DNA from: a virus
Taxonomy: Duplodnaviria > Caudoviricetes
Virus record (IMG/VR): IMGVR_UViG_3300027728_000083
Location: 1 to 25,381 of that record
Direction: 5' to 3' (one strand)
DNA: 25,381 nt
Of this stretch, positions 8,793 to 17,295 are shown in pieces. Position numbers and translations under genes: made by a program. Position 1 is the stretch's first letter, and every line of letters begins with the position of its first letter. Under the pieces are notes generated by a model that made no database searches, was not told where the DNA came from, and worked only from the letters and a program-made list of their open reading frames with translations.

Positions 8793-9086
8793 CTACAGCT
8801 TCGCCGCCTCGGCCCTGCGCTGCTCAAGGTCGTCCCACAGCTCCTGCAAGGCATTCAGCTGGCCAGCGGCGTGGGCGACAAAGCCCGGCTCCTTCGCTGT
8901 CGCCATGGCGCTGACCAGCAAAACGGCATCGGCGATGCGGTCTTGGAGGGCGAGCATGACGGCCAGCCACGCAGCCGGCGCCTGCTCCCGCGGGAAGGCC
9001 AGCGCGGCGGACGTGTCGAAATCCTCGGGGTTTTTATACATGTCCATGACGACATGTTTACGGCGTGTACATATGTTGATCTGCAT
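8793..9086 (-). CDS. Hypothetical helical protein, 97 aa
   Basis: A/C-rich leader before ATG; HAAGQLNAL.EL motif; coding-like codon usage. Confidence 0.7.
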   Translation of the reverse strand: MQINICTRRKHVVMDMYKNPEDFDTSAALAFPREQAPAAWLAVMLALQDRIADAVLLVSAMATAKEPGFVAHAAGQLNALQELWDDLEQRRAEAAKL

Positions 9087-9119
9087 AGTTTTGGGTTAGT
9101 AGTTAAAGTGTGGCTTGAA

Positions 9120-9329
9120 CTATCGTGAAATTCGTATGCTGCGGAGCAGCTTGTCGGCGTTGATGACAAACGGCGCGCAGTCAATGCAGCACGGCCCCAG
9201 CTGCGGATCGCGGAGCCACTTGGGCGTAAGGGGCTGCTCACAGACCTGGCACAGCGGGTGGCCGCCCGGGGCGACCTTCCGGTCGTCCGGCGGTGGTGGC
9301 GGTGGTTGTCTGCGGTCGAGGGTTGTCAT
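9120..9329 (-). CDS. Small zinc-finger protein, 69 aa
   Basis: CQVC...CIDC; ATGA coupling. Confidence 0.7.
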   Translation of the reverse strand: MTTLDRRQPPPPPPDDRKVAPGGHPLCQVCEQPLTPKWLRDPQLGPCCIDCAPFVINADKLLRSIRISR

Positions 9330-9529
9330 CGCTTCCCAAAGATTTGCGAGAAGAAATCAGCACCTCCGGATGTCGGCATTGACCGCGCTACGTTGTATCC
9401 GTGGTTCCACGCCTTGTCGTAGACCGCATCGAAAAACTTGCGCATGCTCTTGGGTGTAAAGTGGGGATCTTCCAGCAGGCGCGGGTTTTTGCGCGTTAGC
9501 TCGCTCCAAAAGTATTCCTTGTCGCTCAC
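9326..9529 (-). CDS. Hypothetical protein, 67 aa
   Basis: GTG start 1 nt after an upstream stop; coupled to the next gene. Confidence 0.7.
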   Translation of the reverse strand: MSDKEYFWSELTRKNPRLLEDPHFTPKSMRKFFDAVYDKAWNHGYNVARSMPTSGGADFFSQIFGKR

Positions 9530-9530
9530 G

Positions 9531-9575
9531 CTACCACTTCACCTTGTCCGCCATCTTGGCTTTGTCGGTTTTCAT
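9531..9575 (-). pseudogene. 14-aa micro-ORF MKTDKAKMADKVKW, probable internally deleted gene
   Basis: ATG 3 nt after the TerL stop and TAG 1 nt before the next start, so it fills the gap exactly. Confidence 0.4.
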
Positions 9576-9578
9576 AAT

Positions 9579-11204
9579 TTAGTAGCTGCCGCCTCCGCGG
9601 GACTTCATGCTGCCGCCGTCGATGAACATCGCGTCGGAAAGGCAAATGTAGCGCAGCACGTCGATGGGATCTTTGGTCGGCGCCTTCTTGCCGTCCGCTC
9701 CGGTATAGGTCTGCAGCGCATAGATCGTGTTCTTGCAGTTCTCCGAGATGTAGAGCCGTGGCTGGTTGCGCGCGTCCACCGGCTGGTCCGGATTGTATGA
9801 CAGCATGTCGTTAATCATCCCAACACCCTCGTCGATGGAGTCGCCCGGCGTGGCCGTGAAGAACATGTCCAAGGACGCCATCTCATCGATGAGCGTGGTC
9901 GGCGCCTCCTTGCCGAGCGTCTTCGAATGGCCATAGCGGCTGTCCATCCACCGCTCGAAGATGGGCTCGCCGGCCTCAACGCGCAGGATCTCGTCTTTGT
10001 AGCGCTCAAGGCCGAAGCCGAAGTCCTGCATGGCGGGACCGGGGCGGCCGTCCATGCGTTTGCCATCGGGCAGCGCCCACTCGCCGGCGTAGCCAATGCC
10101 TTCAATGTATTCGGTCTGGCTGGGCCACTCGCGGTAGACGATGGTGCGGCCCGCGGGGTCAAAGACGGTCCAGAGCATGAACCAGTTCTTGCCGGACGCC
10201 GGATCGACCCAGTGATAGCGGGTGCCGTTCGGTATTTCTGAATGGCGAATGACGTGCACCTTGGGATTGAACAGCGGAAAGCGGCCGGCGATGGCTTTGG
10301 TGGGCACACCGTAGGCGCGGGTGAGGATTTTCTCCCGGGTCTCAGACTGCAGCTCGCGCTTCATGCGGGACCATCCGGCCCAAGGGTTTGACTGCGTGTG
10401 AAAGTAGAGAACTGGGCGGCCCTTGGGGTTGATCTGCTCGATGGGCACCTGCTCGTGGCCAATGACCTTGCCGTCTGCGTCTTTCCGCGGGAGAAGCTCG
10501 GCGTCGATCTCCTCCACGTTCTTGGCGCCGTTGAGGTAGTCGGCGACCGTGGGCGACCAGCCCTGCACCGGGGTGAAGGTCACGGCGAGCTTGCCGTTGC
10601 GGTCAACGAGGCGGAACCGGAGGGTTTCCAAAACATCAAGCGGCACCAACTCATCGCACCAGCACGCATCAATCTCGCCGCCTTCAATGGTGGACGGATC
10701 TTGGGCGTAATTGCGGAAGATGCAGACCGCCTGGTTGGGCGCGACAAACTTGGCCTCGGTAAAACCGCCCTTAACGCTGTAGGTGATGTTGGTGACCTGT
10801 CCCTTGCGCGCATTACGCCACTCCGGCGGCATGTACTTCCAGATTCGGGGCTGCTGCAACTCGATGGAGTTTGGCGCCGTGGTTTGGAAGCACCAGACGA
10901 CCGATCCGGGCTTGGAATACATGGTCTTGATGACTTCTTTCGCCGCCCATTCGGTTTTGCCGCTGCGATTTCCGCCCATGACAAGCAACTCGCGGTGTTT
11001 TTCCAGTAGTTCGGACGCGCGGCGCCACACGGGAGGGATGAAACCGTGACGGAATGGGTCATTGGACTCGCGGGCGATTAATTCCTCGCGCTTTTTGAGG
11101 TACGCCCAGCCCTCCTCGGCTCCTAATGAAGCGAGATAGTCATAGTCAACCTGCATCACGGGATGCGGAGCTGGCGTAAAGCGGGATTGGTGGGCGTTTT
11201 CCAA
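9579..11204 (-). CDS. terL: Terminase large subunit
   Basis: Walker A GGNRSGKT, Walker B CWCDE, coupling motif TFTP, RNase H-like WVDP and KDPID.LRY; TTG at 11204 chosen as start (frame open to 11282). Confidence 0.92.
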   Translation of the reverse strand: MENAHQSRFTPAPHPVMQVDYDYLASLGAEEGWAYLKKREELIARESNDPFRHGFIPPVWRRASELLEKHRELLVMGGNRSGKTEWAAKEVIKTMYSKPGSVVWCFQTTAPNSIELQQPRIWKYMPPEWRNARKGQVTNITYSVKGGFTEAKFVAPNQAVCIFRNYAQDPSTIEGGEIDACWCDELVPLDVLETLRFRLVDRNGKLAVTFTPVQGWSPTVADYLNGAKNVEEIDAELLPRKDADGKVIGHEQVPIEQINPKGRPVLYFHTQSNPWAGWSRMKRELQSETREKILTRAYGVPTKAIAGRFPLFNPKVHVIRHSEIPNGTRYHWVDPASGKNWFMLWTVFDPAGRTIVYREWPSQTEYIEGIGYAGEWALPDGKRMDGRPGPAMQDFGFGLERYKDEILRVEAGEPIFERWMDSRYGHSKTLGKEAPTTLIDEMASLDMFFTATPGDSIDEGVGMINDMLSYNPDQPVDARNQPRLYISENCKNTIYALQTYTGADGKKAPTKDPIDVLRYICLSDAMFIDGGSMKSRGGGSY

Positions 11205-11209
11205 AGTAA

Positions 11210-11482
11210 TTAGGACGCCGAGCCGGTGCCCTGCGCCGGGCCAGCTTCCCCAAGCTGTTGTTGAGCCGTCTCGGCGTCCCAAGGTTGCTTCCCAACGATG
11301 TCCATCGTCGGGTTTTCTAAAACTGTCACTTGATCCGACCGGAAGTGCCGGATCTTGCCGCCGTCCTCGAGGACAACGGCGAAAATGTCATTCGACAGCG
11401 GGCCGCCAGACTCAACGTAGAGCAGGCTGCCGTAGCCGACCGGTGTCTCCACTGGGACAATGCGCTGGAATTCGTGGATCAT
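11210..11482 (-). CDS. Hypothetical protein, 90 aa
   Basis: MIHEFQRIVPVETPVGYG...ND...G.IRHF resembles a common small phage family. Confidence 0.7.
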   Translation of the reverse strand: MIHEFQRIVPVETPVGYGSLLYVESGGPLSNDIFAVVLEDGGKIRHFRSDQVTVLENPTMDIVGKQPWDAETAQQQLGEAGPAQGTGSAS

Positions 11483-11490
11483 TAAAAATG

Positions 11491-11593
11491 TGACGGCGCG
11501 GAGGTTCGCTGCAGGCGCCTCCGCTCGCTCACACCACATGCTCTCGGCCGCCACACCACATCGCAGGCCGCTGCAGAGCGTTTGATGCCGTCA
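11491..11593 (-). ncRNA. Candidate structured RNA (three-stem junction)
   Basis: Closing stem TGACGGC/GCCGTCA; inner stems GCGGAGG/CCTCCGC and GCTCT+CGGCC/GGCCG+AGAGC; fills an intergenic gap with A/T-rich flanks; strand assumed from the operon. Confidence 0.55.
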
Positions 11594-11600
11594 GATAAAT

Positions 11601-11756
11601 TCATCGGCGCGCTTTCTTCGCTGCCATTTCGGCACACAGAGCGTCGGCCTTTTTCTTGGCCGACTTGGCGACCATCGTGGCGCGCAGACCCTTGAGACGC
11701 ATGATCTCGTTGTCGATGGCCTCAATCTCGGGTGTCATCGTTTTATATTTTTCCAT
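11601..11756 (-). CDS. Small basic coiled-coil protein, 51 aa
   Basis: MEKYKTMTPEIEAIDNEI...; starts 4 nt after the upstream stop. Confidence 0.6.
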   Translation of the reverse strand: MEKYKTMTPEIEAIDNEIMRLKGLRATMVAKSAKKKADALCAEMAAKKARR

Positions 11757-11760
11757 AAAG

Positions 11761-11916
11761 TCAGGGTTGGCCGGCGACGCAAATATAAAGGAATCCGAAA
11801 TTCGCGAAGCTGTAGCCAAGGAAGGCGACGGAAAGACCGACGTTGCCCTCGCGGTAGAAGCCGGCGGCCGTCACCAGGTAACAGACGGTCGTGATGAGGA
11901 GGGGCGTGAAGGTCAT
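11761..11916 (-). CDS. Small membrane protein, 51 aa
   Basis: MTFTPLLITTVCYLVTA...AFLGYSFANFG; two hydrophobic helices; ATGA coupling. Confidence 0.7.
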   Translation of the reverse strand: MTFTPLLITTVCYLVTAAGFYREGNVGLSVAFLGYSFANFGFLYICVAGQP

Positions 11917-12170
11917 TGGTCCCATCCTTCCCGCAGGTGCCCAAAGTCTCGCGGCTCCGTAACCTCGATGCCGCCGGTGCCGCACACGCCGCACCGCCCG
12001 ATATGGTAGGTGGCCACGGACCTGCCCTCGGGGCGCTTGCCGTGCAGACGGCCGCACCGATTGCATATCCAGTCGGGATACTGTTTGGGTTTCATCATAA
12101 AAATTCCGTCCCAGTTGCGGCGAAAGAGGGTGCCATTCACCGCACGCGGGGTATCGCCTTTGCCGCTCAT
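11913..12170 (-). CDS. Small zinc-ribbon protein, 85 aa
   Basis: GKGD.PR...NWD.IF N-terminus, then WICNRCG...H.G.CGVC...TEPRDFGHL. Confidence 0.75.
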   Translation of the reverse strand: MSGKGDTPRAVNGTLFRRNWDGIFMMKPKQYPDWICNRCGRLHGKRPEGRSVATYHIGRCGVCGTGGIEVTEPRDFGHLREGWDQ

Positions 12171-12412
12171 TTCTTTACGTCCTCCCAGAATACCTGCCGG
12201 TAGTGCTCCTCGATTTTCGCCACGTTCTCCAAGGCACCGGGCTCGGCAACGATGCTTTTAAGATCCCAAGACATAGGCATGTGCTTGAGACGGTTGCGGG
12301 CTTCGCGGCGGACCTCGCTGGGCACCCGCTTGATCTTACCGGGCACGCACAGCTCCGACAGGAAGTGTCGGGCTTGCGCGATGGCTCGGGCTTGTTCAAG
12401 CGGGGTGCTCAT
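12167..12412 (-). CDS. BPSL0761-like protein, 81 aa
   Basis: MSTP.EQ.RA...A..FL.EL...RVP.EVR.EA...LKH.P pattern. Confidence 0.65.
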   Translation of the reverse strand: MSTPLEQARAIAQARHFLSELCVPGKIKRVPSEVRREARNRLKHMPMSWDLKSIVAEPGALENVAKIEEHYRQVFWEDVKK

Positions 12413-12780
12413 GGTTGGTTTTTCGGTTTCTTGTTGAGGCGAAGCCACGCTTCGCGGAAAAGGTATTGCTGGATATAAGCGCCGGTCTCTTCGTCGTTGC
12501 TCTCGATGTGACGGAGGACGTGGGCCGTGACGTGGTAGAGTTCATGCACAAGCGAGCCGATGTCTGTGGCGTCCTCGATCCAGACAACGGCGTGCGAGTT
12601 GAAGCACATGGCCCAGGCGGCGTCGCCTTCGTCCGGGGCGTTCTCCGGATCGTTGGGGTCAAGCTGAAGAAGCGCCACGCACCGCCGCAACGCCGTGCTC
12701 TGAGGGGTGCCGCAAAAGAACTCAACGGCTAGGCCGAAAGTCTGTTCGCGCACGGTGAAGCGGCGGGCGAGGCGTTTCAT
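12409..12780 (-). CDS. Small HExxH zinc metallopeptidase-like protein, 123 aa
   Basis: LVHELYH followed by DEETGAY (candidate third ligand E). Confidence 0.7.
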   Translation of the reverse strand: MKRLARRFTVREQTFGLAVEFFCGTPQSTALRRCVALLQLDPNDPENAPDEGDAAWAMCFNSHAVVWIEDATDIGSLVHELYHVTAHVLRHIESNDEETGAYIQQYLFREAWLRLNKKPKNQP

Positions 12781-12781
12781 G

Positions 12782-13540
12782 CTAGGCGGCTTTCTTGAGG
12801 CGCGAGTTTGCGTAGTGCAGGAACAACCGCGCCTTGAAGACTTCCCAGTACGGCTCGGCGCTGAACATCCAGGCGATCTCAAAGTCATCTGGGCTCTCCT
12901 TGCCGATGCGGACGATGCCGCGCCGCTGGATCTTCATGTCGGGCCGGTTCTCGTTCCACAGTTGCTCGTAGCCGGCGAGCTGCACCTTGTGGGCGCCCAC
13001 GATGGCTTTGCTCGTCTTCCAGTCAAGAAGGACGATCTTGCCGTCGCGGTCGCGGCTCGGGGCGTCAATGGTGCCGCCGAAGAGGTAATCCTCGGAGACC
13101 AGCTGGACCTCGGGCTCAATGACCGTGAAGCCCTCCGCGTCCCACCACTTGCGGAAGTTGCCGAAGGCGATGTTGGCCTTCTCAATGTCCGCCGCGGAGA
13201 ACTCGGCGAGGTCGGGTTCGTGATTGTGCAGGAAGCACTCGATCATGAAGTGGGCGGCCGTGCCGATGTCGGCCGCCTTGTCGCGGACCTTCCGGTAGTC
13301 TTGGCCTTCCATGCCGAGCTTCCATGCCCAATGGATCAGCCCGCTGGTGTCCTCGCCAATCTTGGCGATGGTTGAGGCACCAGGAACGTCGGTGCCGTCT
13401 TTCAACGGATACTTCTGGTGAGCGCGGGTCTTCTCAAGGCGGACGATTTTGCGTCCGTCCTCGGTGAAGCGGTCGGGCTCGGCGGGTTTAACCGCCTTGG
13501 CCTTGCGCGGAGCTGCCTTGCGTGGTGTTTTGGCAGGCAT
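12782..13540 (-). CDS. Cas4-like / PD-(D/E)XK exonuclease, 252 aa
   Basis: VPGASTI, GTAAH..IE, E..L.S, GGTID, LLDWKTS, QLAGY motifs. Confidence 0.85.
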   Translation of the reverse strand: MPAKTPRKAAPRKAKAVKPAEPDRFTEDGRKIVRLEKTRAHQKYPLKDGTDVPGASTIAKIGEDTSGLIHWAWKLGMEGQDYRKVRDKAADIGTAAHFMIECFLHNHEPDLAEFSAADIEKANIAFGNFRKWWDAEGFTVIEPEVQLVSEDYLFGGTIDAPSRDRDGKIVLLDWKTSKAIVGAHKVQLAGYEQLWNENRPDMKIQRRGIVRIGKESPDDFEIAWMFSAEPYWEVFKARLFLHYANSRLKKAA

Positions 13541-13545
13541 AGCGG

Positions 13546-14118
13546 TTACCAGCTGATCTCTTGGTCGTCGGTGCCGGTCTTGGTCGCGGGGGCTTTAGCC
13601 TCGCTCACGTCAAAGCCGTAGGCTTGCGCGCTGCCGCCGTCGCCCCAGGTGACGAGGTCGAGGACTTGGACCGCCTTCGGCTGCAGGGTGATGCCAGCGC
13701 CGAGGGACGCGGTGTACCAGCAGTAGGGAACTACGGCGACTTTGATTTTGGACCCGCCGCCGATGTTGTCGGTGATGGGCTGGCCGTCTGATCCGAAGAG
13801 CTTCGGCTGGCGGCTGAAGGTTTCGCCCTCCTTGTTCTTGCCCATGGCCTTGACCTTGAGCTTGAGCTGGGTCATGCCGTCGTTGTCTTCCCACGGCGCA
13901 GCATGGAGCTTGAGCTTGTCCTTCTTCAGTTCGCGCTTCTTGTCGTCGAGGAACTCGGCGAAGAGGGCTTCGATTTGTTTGATGAACGGCTCGGCGTCCT
14001 CGGAGGACATTTCGAGGTTCACTTTGTAGACGCCAATCTCGTCAAACTTGGTGTCGGCGCGATTGAGGCTGGGATAGCGGGCGATGCCCACGGGTGTCGT
14101 GATGGTTTTTGTTGCCAT
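13546..14118 (-). CDS. ssb: Single-stranded DNA-binding protein, T7 gp2.5-like, 190 aa
   Basis: TTPVGIARYP...DTKF...G.YKV.L, IGGGSKIKV, GITLQ..AVQVLDLV, acidic tail ending in an aromatic residue. Confidence 0.85.
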   Translation of the reverse strand: MATKTITTPVGIARYPSLNRADTKFDEIGVYKVNLEMSSEDAEPFIKQIEALFAEFLDDKKRELKKDKLKLHAAPWEDNDGMTQLKLKVKAMGKNKEGETFSRQPKLFGSDGQPITDNIGGGSKIKVAVVPYCWYTASLGAGITLQPKAVQVLDLVTWGDGGSAQAYGFDVSEAKAPATKTGTDDQEISW

Positions 14119-14122
14119 GATG

Positions 14123-14482
14123 TTATTTGGTTTGTGGTTGTGTTGTTGTTGGTACTAAGAAATCGGAGCGTCGAAGAATGGTGAGGAAGTCGGCCGCGCG
14201 GAGGGTGATGAGCCAGTCCTCGCCGGTGCGCTTGTGGGCAACGACCGGGAACAACTTGTCCTTGGCGTCGCGGATGGCCTGGGCGATCCAGTCTTTGACC
14301 TTGGTGACTTGGCAAAACTTGACCTCCCAGTGGATGTCCGGCAGGCAGGGGCAGACGACATCGGGGGAATCGCCGAGGCCCGAGAACTGCTGGCCGCGGC
14401 GGATGCCGGAGTCGCCGAATGCTTCGCGTAGTTGGTCGCGCCACATGCGTTCTCCGCGGGCTCCTTTTGCGCGGGAGTTCAT
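14123..14482 (-). CDS. Holliday junction resolvase (Hjc-type PD-(D/E)XK), 119 aa
   Basis: NSRAKGARGER, RRGQQFSG..SPDV, HWEVK, QA.RDA, PVVAHK. Confidence 0.85.
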   Translation of the reverse strand: MNSRAKGARGERMWRDQLREAFGDSGIRRGQQFSGLGDSPDVVCPCLPDIHWEVKFCQVTKVKDWIAQAIRDAKDKLFPVVAHKRTGEDWLITLRAADFLTILRRSDFLVPTTTQPQTK

Positions 14483-15867
14483 TTGTAGAAGACCTCCTGC
14501 ACTTGGCGCGATGGTGCGTAGACGGAGTCGCCGCCGTCTGTGGTGCGGCCCCCGAGGGCGGCGTCTTGAAAGCGCGTGAGGCGCGGACGCCAGATCAGAT
14601 TGACCTTGCCGGTGGCGCCGGCCCGATGTTTCGCAATGTGCAACTCGGCGTCTTGGGGATCGGGCTCAGTTTCTTGGTCCGCGGCGTAATACGCGGGGCG
14701 GTGGAGGAGAAGCACCAGGTCGGCGTCCTGCTCGATGCTGCCGGACTCCCGGAGGTCGGACATCTTGGGGCGATTATCGCTGCGGTCTTCGCTCTTGCGG
14801 TTGACTTGCGCGGCGGCGATGACCGGGACGCCCAACTCCATGGCCATGGCTTTGAGGCCGCGGGAGACGAAGCCGACCTCGTTCTCGCGGCTTTGGGCGC
14901 CGACATGCGAGACGAGCTGCAGGTAGTCAACGAAGATGGCTTTGACGCCCCAGCGGCGGACGGCCAAGCGGGCACGGCCGCGGATGTCGAGCATGGTTAA
15001 GCCTCCGCGGTCATCCACGTATAAGGGCTCGCTGGCGAACTGGTCGGCGGCCTCGGTGATGCGGAGCTTCGATGCGTGGTCGAGGAAGCCGTTGCGAATG
15101 ACTTCAATGTTGGTCTCCGCGCGCCCGAGGACGACGCGGCAGCCCAGTTCGTTGGCGGGCATCTCAAGGCTGAAATAGAGGGCAGGTACGCCGCGGCGGG
15201 CCATGTTTTCGCACATGTTGAGCATGAACGCGGATTTGCCCATCGCGGGACGGCCGGCGATGATGGTGAGCTGGCCTGGGCGCAGACCGCCGGTCATGAA
15301 ATCGAAGGCTTTGAACCCGGTTTCAACGCCGAGCTTCTGCCCCGGGGTCATGAGTTTTTCCAACTCGTCAAGCAAGCCAGGCACGATGGCGCTGGCGGGG
15401 CGCATGCTGTCCGTGGATTGCCCGAGGGAGAGCGACAAGACGGACTCTCCGGCGTCCTGCAGCACGTCGTCGGCGGGTTGGGAAAGGTCACTGGCGGCAG
15501 ACTGCAGGCGGCCGGCGGCAGTAAGGATCGCGCGGCGGGCGCGGAGGTCGCGGAGGGTCTGCACATGGTACTCCACTGCGGCGGGACCGCCGGCGGTGTG
15601 CGAGACCATGTCGGTGACGGCGCCGGCACCGCCGACAAACTCAAGGCGGTCGTGGCTGGCGAGCACCTGCGTGACGGCCACAATGTTCGGCACGCCGCCA
15701 GCCGCGCGGATGTCGCGGATGACGCCGAAGACCTGCGCGTTGGCGGGGGTGAAGAAAAGGTCGGCGTTCAGACCGGCGATCTCGTCGATCATGTTGGGCT
15801 CGCTCATCAAAGCGCCCAGGACGGCGGATTCGACCTCGGGGGAGTTTGGTGTGACTTGCTTTTTCAT
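14479..15867 (-). CDS. dnaB: Replicative DNA helicase DnaB, 462 aa
   Basis: P.S.E.E.AVLGAL, GRPAMGKS, FSLEM, VDYLQL, SDLRESGSIEQDAD, AKHR.G.TG. Confidence 0.95.
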   Translation of the reverse strand: MKKQVTPNSPEVESAVLGALMSEPNMIDEIAGLNADLFFTPANAQVFGVIRDIRAAGGVPNIVAVTQVLASHDRLEFVGGAGAVTDMVSHTAGGPAAVEYHVQTLRDLRARRAILTAAGRLQSAASDLSQPADDVLQDAGESVLSLSLGQSTDSMRPASAIVPGLLDELEKLMTPGQKLGVETGFKAFDFMTGGLRPGQLTIIAGRPAMGKSAFMLNMCENMARRGVPALYFSLEMPANELGCRVVLGRAETNIEVIRNGFLDHASKLRITEAADQFASEPLYVDDRGGLTMLDIRGRARLAVRRWGVKAIFVDYLQLVSHVGAQSRENEVGFVSRGLKAMAMELGVPVIAAAQVNRKSEDRSDNRPKMSDLRESGSIEQDADLVLLLHRPAYYAADQETEPDPQDAELHIAKHRAGATGKVNLIWRPRLTRFQDAALGGRTTDGGDSVYAPSRQVQEVFYK

Positions 15868-15868
15868 G

Positions 15869-15961
15869 TTAGGCTGCGCCTCCGTCGTTATTTTCCAAGA
15901 TCGCTATGACAATCATGGCCAGCACAATCAGCAGCAGGTAGGTTGTCAGCAGTGCGTTCAT
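15869..15961 (-). CDS. Small single-TM protein, 30 aa
   Basis: MNALLTTYLLLIVLAMIVIAILENNDGGAA; stop 1 nt before the dnaB ATG. Confidence 0.5.
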   Translation of the reverse strand: MNALLTTYLLLIVLAMIVIAILENNDGGAA

Positions 15962-16145
15962 CGCGTTTCCTCCGCAGCTCTGCGCGGCGCTTCAACCAGC
16001 GCTCGCACGCGGCGTCCACTATGGGGATGCTTTCTTCGGTGAATGGGTCGAGCCATAGGTGTGGTGCGGTTTCCGGTTGTGGTAGGTCGGCGAATTTTTC
16101 CATGGCACTAAAGGGACTGCGTGTGGTGTGCCGCGGTGTGTCCAT
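15888..16145 (-). CDS. Hypothetical protein (start 16145 or 16102)
   Basis: ORF track; DAACERWL segment resembles HAACDRFL in 16400-16594. Confidence 0.5.
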   Translation of the reverse strand: MDTPRHTTRSPFSAMEKFADLPQPETAPHLWLDPFTEESIPIVDAACERWLKRRAELRRKRDERTADNLPAADCAGHDCHSDLGK

Positions 16146-16166
16146 GAGTGTCCCAAACCGTCCACG

Positions 16167-16400
16167 TCATGGCAAGAGTTTTTCTGCGGGCAGATCAAGA
16201 TTTTCCGGGTCGGTCACGAGCAGGGCTTCGTGCTTCTCTTGGGCGGCCGCGGGGGTCAGCGCGGCGCAGCCTTGGAGGGCTTGCCGGAGCAGCCGGCGAT
16301 GGCTCTTGAGGTCGGCGATCTTGGATTCCAAATCGCGGATCTTGATGGACTGAATGCTGGACTCCGCCTGGGCGGGGCCGAAGTTGATTTGGCCGAGCAT
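16167..16400 (-). CDS. Hypothetical coiled-coil protein, 77 aa
   Basis: MLGQINFG... start overlaps the upstream stop (TAATG). Confidence 0.65.
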   Translation of the reverse strand: MLGQINFGPAQAESSIQSIKIRDLESKIADLKSHRRLLRQALQGCAALTPAAAQEKHEALLVTDPENLDLPAEKLLP

Positions 16401-16594
16401 TACGCGGCCCTCCTGCGCTTCTCCGTCGCTCCGTGGCCGTAGAGCCAGGCGGACTTGCGGAAGGTCGGCTCGGTGATGATGCCGCGGGAGGCCAAGAAGC
16501 GGTCGCAGGCTGCGTGGACTTCGAGGTGGCGTATGTAGGGGCAGCCCGGGGTGCCGTCTTCGATGACCTCCGTCTTGCCGTTTTTGGTCATCAT
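16400..16594 (-). CDS. Hypothetical protein, 64 aa
   Basis: Coupled at both ends. Confidence 0.65.
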   Translation of the reverse strand: MMTKNGKTEVIEDGTPGCPYIRHLEVHAACDRFLASRGIITEPTFRKSAWLYGHGATEKRRRAA

Positions 16595-16761
16595 TGTAGT
16601 TCCTCCTTGAGGCTGATCTTTTCCCAGACATCTTGGAGGGCCATGAGGTTGGCGATGGTTTGCTCAAAGAGGTCGTCGATGGCCTCCGCGTTGATCGTGG
16701 GACGGCCGTTCTCGCGGGTGACCGCGGGGAGCTTTTTCTTGGTGGTTGCTTTGGTTTTCAT
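16591..16761 (-). CDS. Hypothetical protein, 56 aa
   Basis: MKTKATTKKK...; first gene after a promoter-like gap. Confidence 0.65.
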   Translation of the reverse strand: MKTKATTKKKLPAVTRENGRPTINAEAIDDLFEQTIANLMALQDVWEKISLKEELQ

Positions 16762-16777
16762 ATAGGTGGTCAAATGT

Positions 16778-16806
16778 ACAGTAGGGGGTGGGACATTGGC
16801 TGTCTT
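16778..16806 (-). promoter_or_regulatory. Putative internal sigma70 promoter
   Basis: Minus strand AAGACA-17 bp-TACTGT in the 16762-16809 gap. Confidence 0.35.
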
Positions 16807-16809
16807 AGG

Positions 16810-17295
16810 CTACAAGGGGTTTTGATTTGCGGTTAGGGCTTCTGCGACCTCGTCAAGGAGGTTCCAGTTGCCGGGCTGGCGGTGGCGGTCAGGGCTGTAG
16901 CGGACGGACTGCCGGTTGCGAACATGTTCAAACGACCAGAAAACGAACTGGTTGCGGTCCGGCAGGTAGGCAGCGAGGACATCGAAGTCGCCGGCAGCGT
17001 AAGGCCGGGTGGTTTCGCCGCCGCCGCGCTTGGTGCCGATGAGGTAGTCGCCGCGGTCGGTCAGCCTAGCCGTCTTGACCTGTACGGTCAGCCTAAAGGC
17101 TCCCCGGACGAGCACCCAGTCGGCGGTGTGGTCGTGGCCAAACGCCTTGAACGTCTCCCAGTCGTAGACGATGCAGCCGGCGATGAAGAGGGCTTCGGTG
17201 AGGTCGCCGCGGCGGCAGTTTGATAGGCTGCGGGCGGCAGCTTCGGGCACCGGGGCGTTGAAGCCCTCGCAGATGGCGAAGATTGCCTGGGTCAT
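16810..17295 (-). CDS. PD-(D/E)XK endonuclease (PDDEXK_5 / group I intron-like), 161 aa
   Basis: RGDLTE..F, ADWVL, VQVKTA, Y...DFDVLAAY. Confidence 0.8.
   Translation of the reverse strand: MTQAIFAICEGFNAPVPEAAARSLSNCRRGDLTEALFIAGCIVYDWETFKAFGHDHTADWVLVRGAFRLTVQVKTARLTDRGDYLIGTKRGGGETTRPYAAGDFDVLAAYLPDRNQFVFWSFEHVRNRQSVRYSPDRHRQPGNWNLLDEVAEALTANQNPL

Noticed and set aside
12782-13540. Cas4-like nuclease as evidence of a CRISPR system
   Set aside because: No repeat-spacer array or other cas genes; sits in an SSB/resolvase recombination cluster
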